Assembly (NCBI GenBank): GCA_047602425.1
Contig: JASGHG010000001.1
Coordinates: forward strand, 352,001 to 416,000
Origin: Nibricoccus sp.
GTDB taxonomy: Bacteria; Verrucomicrobiota; Verrucomicrobiia; Opitutales; Opitutaceae
Direction: 5' to 3'
DNA length: 64,000 bases
Positions 29,883 through 39,522 of this stretch are shown in pieces (position 1 is the stretch's first letter; every line of letters starts with the position of its first letter). A program made the position numbers and the translations under genes. The notes below the pieces were generated by a model. It saw only the letters and a list, made by a program, of their open reading frames with translations. It was not told where the DNA came from and made no database searches.

Positions 29883-29978
29883 GGCCGGTTTGCGCTGGGT
29901 AAGTGATACTCAATCGGCATCGAAGAAACTGGCGGCGGGTTTCTGCAATGAAACATGTAAATTCCAAAACCAACCGCC

Positions 29979-30668
29979 ATGTCTCCAAGCACCGCACCTG
30001 CCCTCTCCCGCTCCCTTGTCCACGCAGGCCGTGTCGTCCGACCGGAACTTCTCGATCGACTGCCGCAGGATTCATCCGCCGCCATCAGTTCGCGGCGCGA
30101 TTTGCGGATCATCAACCGCGTCCTTGGGAATATCGCCTGGTTCCGGCAAACCCTGCGGCAACAACATCGGTCGGGCGAAAAGCTTTTGGAGATCGGTGCG
30201 GGAGATGGGACGCTGGGGGAAACCCTCCGGCCGATCGTCTCCGGGCTGGCCGGCCTTGACCTGGTTCGTCGGCCGAGTGCCTGGCCGCTCGATGCAAGTT
30301 GGTTCGAAACCGATGTGTTCGATTTTGCAGGCTGGGCCGATTTCCCAATTGTGATCGGTAATCTGTTTTTTCATCACTTCGACTCGTCGGAGCTTTCGCG
30401 TCTCGGCGTATTTTTGAATGAGCATGCCCGGCTGATCGTCGCGAGCGAGCCCCTGCGTACTCGCCGCACCCAGCGACTTTTTTCGCTTTTATGTACCCTC
30501 GTTCGGGCTCATCCGGTAACCCGGCACGACGGACATGTGAGCATCGAAGCAGGTTTTCGCACGGATGAACTGCCACGCCTCCTTTGTATCGATTCCAAGG
30601 TTTGGGAGTGGACTGTGGAGGAAACATCGATTGGTAGCTGTCGAATGGTTGCGAAGCGATGTCCATGA
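29979..30668 (+). CDS. SAM-dependent methyltransferase-domain protein
   Basis: ELLD..., DLRIIN, LLEIGAGDG motif I, NLFFHHF, TRHDG.VSI.AGF. Confidence 0.8.
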   Translation: MSPSTAPALSRSLVHAGRVVRPELLDRLPQDSSAAISSRRDLRIINRVLGNIAWFRQTLRQQHRSGEKLLEIGAGDGTLGETLRPIVSGLAGLDLVRRPSAWPLDASWFETDVFDFAGWADFPIVIGNLFFHHFDSSELSRLGVFLNEHARLIVASEPLRTRRTQRLFSLLCTLVRAHPVTRHDGHVSIEAGFRTDELPRLLCIDSKVWEWTVEETSIGSCRMVAKRCP

Positions 30669-31693
30669 GTACGCCGCAGCCAGTTAGAATCGTCGGCGGC
30701 GGAGTGGCCGGACTCTCGCTTGGCATCGCCTTGCGCCGAGCAGAGATCCCGACGGAGATCTTCGAGGCAGGTGACTATCCGCGCCATCGTGTTTGCGGCG
30801 AATTCATCGCCGGATTAAGCGACGATACGATCAAACTGCTGGGAATAAGGCCTATCTTCGCCGGGGCCGTGGTTCATAGGAGCGTGACTTGGTTCGTGCA
30901 GGAACGCCCTGTCGGTCGACAGAAACTTCCCTCTCCCGCCCTGGGTCTCAGTCGTTTTGCCCTGGATGACAGGCTGGCAACCCTTTTCGTGGCAGAGGGA
31001 GGAATTCTCTCGGTTAAAACACGTTTCAAATCCACAACTCCTGAAGAAGGCGTGGTGTGGGCGTGCGGCCATCGGAACGGCGAAGGGTCACCTTGGCTGG
31101 GACTAAAACTACATGCGCGCGATTTAACGGTGGAGGGTGGACTCGAACTTCACCTTGGAGAAGGCGCGTACGTCGGCTTGTCGTCGGTCGAGGACGGTTG
31201 GGTGAATGTCTGCGGACTATTTCGCCGCCGGCGCTGTCTCTCGTTCGCCCGCGGCGATGCCTTATCCGCGTATCTGGTCGCGTGCGGACTGGATGCCTTA
31301 GCCGAACGCCTTGAAAGCGCCAAAATTCGGCCCGAATCGAGATGCGCGGTTGCGGGGCTGAGTTTCGACCAACGAGTCAAAGAAGATGTGCACTTGCGGC
31401 TCGGGGACGCGTGCGCGATGACACCGCCTTTCACCGGGAATGGCATGGCCATGGCTTTCACGAGTGCATCCCTGGCGGTTGCACCGCTTGTCCGCTGGGC
31501 ACGAGGAGAACAGACCTGGGCCACCACCAAGCACAAGATCCACGAACTCCTTCGTGATAAATTTCGCGTGCGGCTGGTCAGTGCGGCGACGCTGCATCCC
31601 TTCCTCACGAATCGCACCCTGCAATCTCCCTTGAAGCGCATCAAACACGCCGAGCTGCTTCCTCTAACCACGCTGTATCGTCTCACGCATTGA
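30665..31693 (+). CDS. FAD-dependent oxidoreductase/monooxygenase
   Basis: IVGGGVAG Rossmann motif, PRHRVCGE, LGDA...PPFTGNGMAMA; ATGA overlap with the methyltransferase. Confidence 0.85.
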   Translation: MSTPQPVRIVGGGVAGLSLGIALRRAEIPTEIFEAGDYPRHRVCGEFIAGLSDDTIKLLGIRPIFAGAVVHRSVTWFVQERPVGRQKLPSPALGLSRFALDDRLATLFVAEGGILSVKTRFKSTTPEEGVVWACGHRNGEGSPWLGLKLHARDLTVEGGLELHLGEGAYVGLSSVEDGWVNVCGLFRRRRCLSFARGDALSAYLVACGLDALAERLESAKIRPESRCAVAGLSFDQRVKEDVHLRLGDACAMTPPFTGNGMAMAFTSASLAVAPLVRWARGEQTWATTKHKIHELLRDKFRVRLVSAATLHPFLTNRTLQSPLKRIKHAELLPLTTLYRLTH

Positions 31694-31706
31694 CGATCCC
31701 CCCGCC

Positions 31707-32750
31707 ATGTACCTGCACGCCCTCGCCACCGCCCTCCCTCCGGCAAGATTCACCCAAGAGGAATGCTGGGCCATGTTCGAGCGGTCCGAGGCGAAGCACC
31801 GGTTGACGCGCCGCTCCGCGCTCATCCTCCAAGCCATCCTCCGGCATGACAGCGGCGTTTCCACGCGGCATTTTGCCCTGCCCGATCTCGAGCGTGTTTT
31901 TTCGCTCACAGCCGACGAACTTAACGAGGCCTTTCGCATGGAGGCTCCGCGTCTGGCAGCCCGTGCGCTAACCTCCGCACTGAACCAAGCCGCGCTCACT
32001 GCCAAGGACGTCGATGCCTTGCTCATTTGCACGTGCACCGGTTATCTCTGCCCAGGGGTGACAAGCTACGTGGCCCAGCAACTCGGCCTGCGCAGCGATA
32101 CGTTTCTCCAGGATCTGGCGGGGCTGGGTTGCGGCGCGGCAATCCCGAGCCTGCGGGCTGCGCATGCGCTTCTTGCCGCCCAACCCGACGCTGTAGTGGC
32201 CCTCGTGGCGGTAGAGATATGTTCGTCAGCCTTCTATATCGACGACGACCAAGGTGTGCTGGTCAGCGCCTGCTTGTTTGGCGACGGCGCCGCCGCCACA
32301 ATTCTGCGTTCAACGCCGGGCAGCCGAGGTCTGAGATGCGGCTATTTTTCCACGATGCATCAGCCGGAAAATCGTGATCGCATCAGATTCGAGATGAGGG
32401 AGGGAAAACTGCGTAATTTACTCCATTCCTCGGTGCCCGAATTGGCCGCAGCAGCGGTAAAACAGCTGCTCACGGCCGAACGTTCCCGTCCGGGAGCTCG
32501 CTCGATCTCGCGCATCGTCGCCCACACCGGTGGTCGCGATGTGCTGGACGCGATCGAACAAAACTGCGCCGAATGCGATCTCTCCGCGAGCCGCGAGGTG
32601 CTGCGCGCGTGCGGCAACATGAGCAGCCCGTCAGTGCTTTTCGTTTTGGAGAAAATGCTGCGCGATGATGCGCCGAATGAAAAAAACGACTGGTGGATGA
32701 CGAGTTTTGGCGCGGGCTTCGGCGCCCATGGTTGTCGGATCGGGCTTTGA
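31707..32750 (+). CDS. Type III polyketide synthase (chalcone/stilbene synthase family)
   Basis: Cys-His-Asn triad (GLGCG, AHTGG, GNMSS), LFGDGAAA, FGAGF. Confidence 0.92.
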   Translation: MYLHALATALPPARFTQEECWAMFERSEAKHRLTRRSALILQAILRHDSGVSTRHFALPDLERVFSLTADELNEAFRMEAPRLAARALTSALNQAALTAKDVDALLICTCTGYLCPGVTSYVAQQLGLRSDTFLQDLAGLGCGAAIPSLRAAHALLAAQPDAVVALVAVEICSSAFYIDDDQGVLVSACLFGDGAAATILRSTPGSRGLRCGYFSTMHQPENRDRIRFEMREGKLRNLLHSSVPELAAAAVKQLLTAERSRPGARSISRIVAHTGGRDVLDAIEQNCAECDLSASREVLRACGNMSSPSVLFVLEKMLRDDAPNEKNDWWMTSFGAGFGAHGCRIGL

Positions 32751-32896
32751 AAAACAACCTCAGAACACTTTCGGCGATGGCTCGGACGTCCGGCCGCATT
32801 TCCAATGGAAACCTCATACGCCTCTGAAAAGCACCGATCCTTGCCGTAGCACTAATCCCGATGGTTGGAACTTGGGTTTTGCGCTAAAATTTCCGC

Positions 32897-33310
32897 GTGA
32901 AAACGCACAAATTTCGCATTTCAACGATTGCCGGGAGCGCGGCGCTCTTTTCCATTCTCACTGGAAACGCCCACGCAACTTCGTTTCCAACCCGAGATAT
33001 GTTGATCTCCGCCAGTCACTGGACCGCTCGATACGATAGTCCCAGCGTCGCTGAAAGGACGGTTGTGATCTATATCGACGATCAGCCCAGGCTGTGTGTT
33101 TGTCCGGCCGAGATTTATCCCGTAGGCACAGCTCAAGGCTACGATCTAGCGAAGATCGACGGCGTGGCACCGGCCAGCAACCTCCCGACGTCGACGGCAA
33201 CCGAAATATCCAATACCGTCACCCCTGTACCGGACCATGGATTTACCGCCGCGTTCGTGGGCTTCGCTCTGATGGGTTTGGCTTTCGTGCGCAAGCGGCT
33301 CGCCGTTTGA
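32897..33310 (+). CDS. Short secreted protein with VPDSG/PEP-CTERM-type sorting signal
   Basis: Signal peptide ending AHA; C-terminal VPDHG + TM helix + RKR. Confidence 0.75.
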   Translation: MKTHKFRISTIAGSAALFSILTGNAHATSFPTRDMLISASHWTARYDSPSVAERTVVIYIDDQPRLCVCPAEIYPVGTAQGYDLAKIDGVAPASNLPTSTATEISNTVTPVPDHGFTAAFVGFALMGLAFVRKRLAV

Positions 33311-33380
33311 GAGGTCTCCGTCGGACGAACTATTCACCATCGCTACGATTGAAATCGAATGCCTGAGCACCATCTAAATC

Positions 33381-34442
33381 TTAGTAGGCACAGGAAAGCG
33401 TAACGGACCCGAACGAATCGTATTTGTCTCGCTGGGATTTGAATTCTCGCGTCCGCCATACCTGCGTATAGGTAACCTGCCAGCGTCCGGGAACCAGTCC
33501 AACGCCAGCGCTAAGATCGGCCACGAAGCGTTTTTTCTCCACTGAACGACTGTCGCGAAAAGTATTTCCATCGAGAAAAATATCGCGGGCAACCGCGCGA
33601 CCGTCGGCAGCGCCGAAAATGAACAGACTGAAATTGCGGCGCACCGATACTCGAGGATCCAGATCATCGGTGGGAGTTTCGCCCACACTGCCCGGACGGG
33701 CAAGCTGCACGCCGAAGTCGCTGGGTAGATTAAATCCGAGCCGTATCGTACCGCCGGCGTTGGCATAAGTCTGGACGTTACCGAGACTCGCGCCGGCGTG
33801 AGGAACGAGGTCGACGCCGAGAATGCGCGACAGGGCGCGTCCATAAAGGCGCCAACGCCGTTCGAAAATGACATTGAGACCGAATTCGTCGCGGAGTTGA
33901 TAGTCCCAACCACGTGGTTCGGCACTGGCGGTCCAACGGTGCACAATCCGCTGCGAATCCTCAGCCATGCTGTGCGGCCCGACCACACCCGCTTGTATCG
34001 AAAGGATATCGGCAATCGACGGCGTCTTGCTCACAAACGCCATTTCCAGATAAGTCCAGCCGGCAAACGGCCTGTCGGTCGGATCCGGATTCCTCGCCTC
34101 GACATCGCGTGGGGCATAAATGTTCTGTCCCAGAGCGAGCCCGAAATTCTTCTGACCCTCGGGTCGATTCACGAAAGGAAGCATCCCGACCAGCGTTTTC
34201 CGCCAGCCTTCCTGTCCCCACCCGGCAAGATCCGCTGAAAGCCACGAAAATTTCAGGCCATTGGTGTAGTGCTGATCGGTTCCGGTGAAAAGATCGTTCT
34301 CAAAATACACGGTGAGAACCGGCGCCGAACGAGCTCGATCCGTCGCAGGAACAGCTTCCTCACTCGATCGCGCTGGGCAACCACAACCTATCGCCAGCGC
34401 GAGACCGACGATTTTTAAAATTGATAATTTCGAATGATTCAT
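33381..34442 (-). CDS. Lipid A deacylase LpxR-family outer-membrane protein (DUF2219)
   Basis: FENDLF..TDQHYTNG, GQNIY.P, DRPFAGW, GW.YQL, DIFLDGN. Confidence 0.85.
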   Translation of the reverse strand: MNHSKLSILKIVGLALAIGCGCPARSSEEAVPATDRARSAPVLTVYFENDLFTGTDQHYTNGLKFSWLSADLAGWGQEGWRKTLVGMLPFVNRPEGQKNFGLALGQNIYAPRDVEARNPDPTDRPFAGWTYLEMAFVSKTPSIADILSIQAGVVGPHSMAEDSQRIVHRWTASAEPRGWDYQLRDEFGLNVIFERRWRLYGRALSRILGVDLVPHAGASLGNVQTYANAGGTIRLGFNLPSDFGVQLARPGSVGETPTDDLDPRVSVRRNFSLFIFGAADGRAVARDIFLDGNTFRDSRSVEKKRFVADLSAGVGLVPGRWQVTYTQVWRTREFKSQRDKYDSFGSVTLSCAY

Positions 34443-34648
34443 TGTCCGGGAAAAATACTAGCGGAAGGTGTGAGTTGCTGTGACTCCGCTCTTGGCGAAG
34501 AGCACAAATTGAATGCGTAACTATGCCTCCTAACCTGTCGCCATGCCATGGGGCGGTTCACCATGCGCACGCTCTGCTGTTTGTTGCGAAGCCGATTCGC
34601 TGACGGACGACTCCTGTTGTCCGGCGAAAAACCGATCATTCAAACGCG

Positions 34649-34960
34649 TCACCGTGAGTGGCGCTTGAAATACAGCCGTGTGCCTTGTAGGGCGGTAAAA
34701 GCAAGCGGTCCCCAGCGCCAGGCCAGACGTAGAATTCTCAATGGCCGCAAAGCTCGCTTGAGCATAAAACCCAAAGGCAAGGCGGCGACGATGGCGAGTG
34801 GCGTGAGCCTCAACCGGAGCGCAAGTGCCCTGTCGATCCATCGGAGAGGTTGAGTCACGCGGCGCGCGGTGGCTGCGCAGAGCGCGCGTTCGTGAGCGAT
34901 GTCACGCAACAGGTCGGTTTTGTATGCCGACAGCCGATTCAACTCTCGCTGCGGATACAT
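34649..34960 (-). CDS. YqjK-like small protein
   Basis: MYPQREL... basic/hydrophobic; third gene after DUF883 and YqjE-like genes, as in yqjDEK. Confidence 0.6.
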   Translation of the reverse strand: MYPQRELNRLSAYKTDLLRDIAHERALCAATARRVTQPLRWIDRALALRLRLTPLAIVAALPLGFMLKRALRPLRILRLAWRWGPLAFTALQGTRLYFKRHSR

Positions 34961-35328
34961 GTACGGTCCTTCTCCAGTTCCCCACGCGTACCGGAAAACG
35001 GCCGGGGCTGCCGCGCGAGGAAGCGACGTAACGCAACGATAATCGCGATCAGCAGGCCGGCATAGAACAATGTGAGTCCCGCCAGCACCGCCACCCGCGC
35101 GCTTTCCCAAAAAAGATAGACGAGGGTTAGACTGGCGAAGGACACGGCCATCATGCCCATAAAAACGGCGGCGGTGATCCAAATAAACGTAAGAATCAGC
35201 CGGTATTTTTCCTCCTGCAACTCGACCGAAAGGAGTTCGAGCCGGTCATGAGCCATGGCCAACAAGCCATCACCAAGCGACCGGAGTGCGCTCAAAAGGC
35301 CCGCCGGGCTGGATCTGGCTGTTTCCAT
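34939..35328 (-). CDS. YqjE-like (phage-holin superfamily) membrane protein
   Basis: RLELLSVELQEEK, two TM helices, PFSGTRGELEKD. Confidence 0.8.
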   Translation of the reverse strand: METARSSPAGLLSALRSLGDGLLAMAHDRLELLSVELQEEKYRLILTFIWITAAVFMGMMAVSFASLTLVYLFWESARVAVLAGLTLFYAGLLIAIIVALRRFLARQPRPFSGTRGELEKDRTCIRSES

Positions 35329-35339
35329 GGTATGGTTCG

Positions 35340-35657
35340 TTACGTGCCCCTGCGACACAGGAGCACACCGGCAAGTAAACCGGCGCCCGCGGCGATGGCT
35401 AACGCTTGATAAGGTTTTTCGCGGATGGCGGCGTCGGCGCATTCCGCACCGGCGACGACCTTGCGACGCAGACCACCGTATAGTTCCGCCAGGCGATCGT
35501 AAGTTTTCTCGAACCGCGCGCGAAGTGCACCGACCGCCTCGGCCGTGTATTCGGACACGGAATCGGCTGCCATCTGTTCGGCTTCCGCGACGAGCGCGCG
35601 GAGTTCGTCAAGAAGTTCCCCGGGAGTCTGGGCCGTTTGAGCATTTGTGTGTTTCAT
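35340..35657 (-). CDS. DUF883 / ElaB-YqjD family tail-anchored protein
   Basis: Helical N-terminus; AD..IREKPYQALAIAAGAGLLAGVLL.RR C-terminus. Confidence 0.88.
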   Translation of the reverse strand: MKHTNAQTAQTPGELLDELRALVAEAEQMAADSVSEYTAEAVGALRARFEKTYDRLAELYGGLRRKVVAGAECADAAIREKPYQALAIAAGAGLLAGVLLCRRGT

Positions 35658-35694
35658 AGTTATGGAGATAGTTTTTGGTTTAGAAATAATTCGG

Positions 35695-35802
35695 CTAAGT
35701 CAATGACCTGAAGATCAACACGGCAGTACTGGCGATGACGCCAAATCCCAAAATACCCGCCATTAAAATGACGAGCAGAAGAATAATGGCGTACGCCAGC
35801 AT
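35695..35802 (-). CDS. DUF1328 (YtjA-like) membrane microprotein, possibly truncated
   Basis: Hand translation MLAYAIILLLVILMAGILGFGVIASTAVLIFRSLT; too short for the ORF track. Confidence 0.65.
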   Translation of the reverse strand: MLAYAIILLLVILMAGILGFGVIASTAVLIFRSLT

Positions 35803-35816
35803 AGGTGTATCGCACC

Positions 35817-36023
35817 TCAGGGAATCTTTGACCCCCGCATCAGACCGGCCAATCCGATCAGCGTGGCCACCGCGCCGCCAATGAGCAGCCAGATGGTTTT
35901 GTCGGTCGGAGATCCGGTGAAAAACCGGGAGAAGCCCGAAGCCACGGAGTCGGACGCCATGGCGCCGTAAACGAGGAGCGTGATACCGCAGACGAGCAGT
36001 ACGACTGAGATCATTTTATTCAT
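35817..36023 (-). CDS. DUF3185-family small membrane protein
   Basis: MNKMIS...ASDSVAS.FSRFFTGSPTDKTIWLLIGG. Confidence 0.8.
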   Translation of the reverse strand: MNKMISVVLLVCGITLLVYGAMASDSVASGFSRFFTGSPTDKTIWLLIGGAVATLIGLAGLMRGSKIP

Positions 36024-36051
36024 AGTATTGTGTATTATTGATTGGTTTGGC

Positions 36052-36627
36052 TTAAGCGGAAGCCTCGTCGCTGTTTTCCAGCTGTGCGCGCAGCATCCAT
36101 GCGATTTTTTCGTGTTTTTCCATGAGCGCGGTGAGGAAGTCCGCAGTGCCGGCATCGTTGAATTTTTTTGCGCAGGCACTGCTGTCGGTGCGGAGTTGCA
36201 CGATCAATTCCTCGTGCAGAGCCAGCAGCTCCGAAAGCATATGCTCGGCCGGAGTATCGTTAGTGGGATCAGGCGTGCAGCGTGCGGCGCTCGCCAGATC
36301 ATACCAATTTCCCCGGGCCCGTACACCGATGGCCCGCGTTCGTTCGGCGACTTGGTCGATCCATTCCGCAATCTGCTCATACTGTGCTTCGAATTGCTTG
36401 TGCAGGGCATAGAAGGCAGGTCCAGTCACATTCCAGTGATAGTTTCGCGTGGTCACGTAGATCACATATTCGTCCGCGAGGAGCAAATTGAGCATCTGGC
36501 CCACTTCCAGCCGCGCTTCCTCACGAAGACCGATATTTGTTAGCATGGTGGAGTCAGTTGAAGACGAACCGGTTGGTTTGGACCAAAGATTTTTCTCGGG
36601 GTCATGGCCGATGTTGATGGGGTACAT
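36052..36627 (-). CDS. dps: Dps DNA starvation/stationary-phase ferritin-like protein (alternative start 36546)
   Basis: NYHWNVTGP.F..LH.QFE.QY, DQVAER, GTADFL, HEK.AWML. Confidence 0.92.
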   Translation of the reverse strand: MYPINIGHDPEKNLWSKPTGSSSTDSTMLTNIGLREEARLEVGQMLNLLLADEYVIYVTTRNYHWNVTGPAFYALHKQFEAQYEQIAEWIDQVAERTRAIGVRARGNWYDLASAARCTPDPTNDTPAEHMLSELLALHEELIVQLRTDSSACAKKFNDAGTADFLTALMEKHEKIAWMLRAQLENSDEASA

Positions 36628-36716
36628 ATTGGCTTCCTGGATCGTCTGATTTTTTTATTTCGGGCAAAAGGGGCGCGCGACCAACCCGATTTGGCCGCGC
36701 GGTTACGCTAACAAAT

Positions 36717-37473
36717 TCACATGCTCGCCATTTCCCTCACGGTCATGTTGTTTTTCACCGATGTGACGCCGCGGACGCTCTCCGCGAGTTTGGAGACGAG
36801 CGATTTCTCAGCGTCGTTGGAGGCTTCGCCGGTGATCATCACGACACCGTTTTCGGTCGAAACCCTCGTCTTGAGAGCACTGGTTGCCTTGTTGTTGAGC
36901 AACGCGAATTTCACCTGGCTGGTGATGGAAGCGTCGTCAATTTTTTCGCCGACGGTTTGCGCGGTCGCGGGCCGCTCCCTGACGACGATGTCGTTCTTGA
37001 CCGATTTTACCTGATCAATCTCCTTGGCATAAATTTCGGTGAGTTCCTTTTGCGCGAGATTTTCGGCCGTACCGCTTAGAGTAACGTTGCCATCGTTGAC
37101 GGCGACTTTCGTGTGCGCCGCGCTCACATTCGCTTTTACCAGAAGACGCGTGCGGATTTTGAGCGCAATCCAGGCGTCGGAACGCTCCGCGTAGGGCGAT
37201 TCGACTTTGATTTCGTTTTTCACGCTCACGACGCCGGGGAGGTTTTCCACCGTGTCGGACCGCGAGATCTTTCAGGTCCTTGTCCGCCACGGTGCCGGTC
37301 AGGGTGACGACGCCGTCTTCGGCTTTCACCTTCACGTGATTTTCAAGAACCGTTTGATAATTGTACGACGCCTTGGCCGCATCTTCGATTTTCCGGTCGG
37401 TGGAAGGCGAAGCGAACAGCGCGATCGGGCCTGCGAGAAACGCGACGAAGAGGGATAGATTTTTTATTTTCAT
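36717..37473 (-). CDS. OsmY-like periplasmic protein with three BON domains; apparent +1 frameshift at ~37259
   Basis: Signal MKIKNLSLFVAFLAGPIALFA; BON repeats GVVTLTG, GNVTLSG, GVVMITG; removing 37259 gives DLKDLAADTVENLPGV. Confidence 0.85.
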
Positions 37474-37521
37474 AAGACGGTGATGTGGGGGAAACATATC
37501 CCATCTCCACAGTCGCCGATA

Positions 37522-37537
37522 TCGGGGGTTGCCCCAC
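37522..37537 (-). promoter_or_regulatory. Motif copy upstream of the BON gene
   Basis: Reverse complement reads GTGGGGCAACCCCCGA; a weaker copy lies at ~37489-37504. Confidence 0.45.
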
Positions 37538-37607
37538 CCGATCAACCCGTTCCTCCCTATGGATGCGGCCGAAAAAAACCGACTGTGGCGCACGCGTTAA
37601 AAGCCGC

Positions 37608-37763
37608 TCAGATCCGATCGGTGATCATCAACACAAGCACGACAATGAACAGCACGCCGAAACTCCGGCTCGGGAAATAACTCCATTCACGGCTATGCGG
37701 CCAGGCTGGAAGCGAGCCGAGCGCGAGTAAAAACATGAGAATTAAGAGAAATACCCCAAGCAT
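37608..37763 (-). CDS. DUF3309-family membrane microprotein (51 aa)
   Basis: Hand translation MLGVFLLILMFLLALGSLPAWPHSREWSYFPSRSFGVLFIVVLVLMITDRI; LPxWPHSRxWxYxPS motif. Confidence 0.8.
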   Translation of the reverse strand: MLGVFLLILMFLLALGSLPAWPHSREWSYFPSRSFGVLFIVVLVLMITDRI

Positions 37764-37903
37764 GTAAAACCTTTCAATATAGATAAAACAGACCTATGAG
37801 CAGGCCGCGATTGGCCCGCCGCGTCTTGCGCTTCCGGGCTGGAAGTCGTGGCGGCCTTCTACTTGCCCAGCGAAGAATACTACTGGAAGCCCACATTGCC
37901 GCT

Positions 37904-37919
37904 ATGGGGTGTAACCCGA
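37904..37919 (+). promoter_or_regulatory. Motif copy between the divergent DUF3309 and glycosyltransferase operons
   Basis: ATGGGGTGTAACCCGA. Confidence 0.5.
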
Positions 37920-38223
37920 CCACGGCAATGCGTGAGCTAATCGTGGAATGACGAGGCCGCAGACGCGCTTCGATACGCAAGGAAGCGACGGCAAAATCGG
38001 ACCGTGAATATAGAGGTTATATAACAATATTACTCGAGTCCGTGCCTGCCTCGGAAAACGCCACCATATCATACAACTAATGTTCTCCCATAGATTTGAA
38101 CCACCCGCTGCTATATCCTACGGAATCGCCACTCTCCACCGCTCTAGCGACGACATTTGACTGGCACATGCCGTCTGCGTCGCACCGCTGAGCTTCACAA
38201 AAAATCCGCCAAATCTCGACGCC

Positions 38224-39522
38224 ATGTCTTTCTCTCCTCTCACCGGTTCCTGCGCTCCAGTCCGCAATCTCGTCTCACGCACTTCAGCCCGTTCGGTCCG
38301 AACGGCATTGCGCCGGAGCGAGCCCTCCCTTGCTCAATCGGCCGCTCCGCTGGTGGCCTTTTGTCATCTCGGGTGGAACGGTGTCTGGCAGAGGCCGCAG
38401 CAATTTCTTTCGCGGTTCTCCCTCACGAGACCCGTGCTGTTCGTCGAAACTTACTGCAGCGACGTAGCCTCCAGTCGTCTGAAGATTCGAAATCCCGCGG
38501 CGTACGCGAACGTCACTGTTTTGGAAATGCACCTGCCGTCCTGTCGCTGGGCGGACGGTACTTTCATCGATCTCGAACGCCGTCGGATGTTGCGCAAATT
38601 TCGAGCGGCGGACGAAGGCCGTTTCGACCATCCCGTGCTTTGGTTTAACGATCCGATGGCCGTGACGGCTTTCGCCGGCCACTGCGACGAAATCGCCATC
38701 GTCTACGACTGCATGGATGAACTTTCTCAATTCAAGGACGCGCCCCCTCAACTCATCGAGCGCGAACGCGAGCTCATCCGGGTTGCAGACGTGGTCTTCT
38801 GCGGCGGTCGAAAAATGCGGGACAAGCGCCTTCCTTTAAACGCCAATACCCACTTCTACGGCACGGGAGTCGATTGCGCGCACTTCGGCGGTACCCGGTC
38901 GCCGACGCTAGCCGTCCATCCAGACATCGCCAAACTTCCCGGGAAAGTGCTCGGCTATTTCGGCGTGATCGACGAGCGCATTGACTACGAATTGCTGGCA
39001 AAACTCGCCGATGCGAATCCTCGTTGGAGCATTGCGATGGTTGGTCCCGCCGCAAAGGTCGATCCGGCCGATTTCCCCCGGCGGAAAAATCTCCACTGGC
39101 TCGGCGGCCGTTCTTATCAGGAACTTCCAGCCATCACCAAAGGTTTTGCCGTTTGCCTGATGCCTTTCGCGATCAATGCCGCGACGGAGTACATCAACCC
39201 CACAAAAGCGTTGGAGTATATGGCGGCGGGACGCCCGATCGTGTCGACCGCACTCGATGAAGTTAAATCGAACTTCAGCTCAGTCGCGCGCGTCGCGAAC
39301 TCGCACACTGAGTTCATCAAGCAATGCGTGGAAGAAAGCGCCAAACCGGATGTATCCCGCATAGTCCGCGGCATCGATCTCGCTTCGCAGAACACTTGGG
39401 AGGCGATCGTGGAAAAAATGGATGCGCACATGCGCAAGGCGATTGCCACGCGGTTGGTGCAAAGAAACGCCGCTCCTCGTTCCCATCGGCTCATCCTCAA
39501 CGGACAATATAATCATGTTTGA
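38224..39522 (+). CDS. GT-B fold glycosyltransferase (GT4-like)
   Basis: CHLGWNGVWQRPQQ, VYDCMDELS, GYFGVIDERID, INPTKALEYMAAGRPIVST. Confidence 0.87.
   Translation: MSFSPLTGSCAPVRNLVSRTSARSVRTALRRSEPSLAQSAAPLVAFCHLGWNGVWQRPQQFLSRFSLTRPVLFVETYCSDVASSRLKIRNPAAYANVTVLEMHLPSCRWADGTFIDLERRRMLRKFRAADEGRFDHPVLWFNDPMAVTAFAGHCDEIAIVYDCMDELSQFKDAPPQLIERERELIRVADVVFCGGRKMRDKRLPLNANTHFYGTGVDCAHFGGTRSPTLAVHPDIAKLPGKVLGYFGVIDERIDYELLAKLADANPRWSIAMVGPAAKVDPADFPRRKNLHWLGGRSYQELPAITKGFAVCLMPFAINAATEYINPTKALEYMAAGRPIVSTALDEVKSNFSSVARVANSHTEFIKQCVEESAKPDVSRIVRGIDLASQNTWEAIVEKMDAHMRKAIATRLVQRNAAPRSHRLILNGQYNHV

Noticed and set aside
34939..35328. Prophage inferred from the holin-family label
   Set aside because: YqjE-like context with DUF883; no phage structural, lysis or integrase genes
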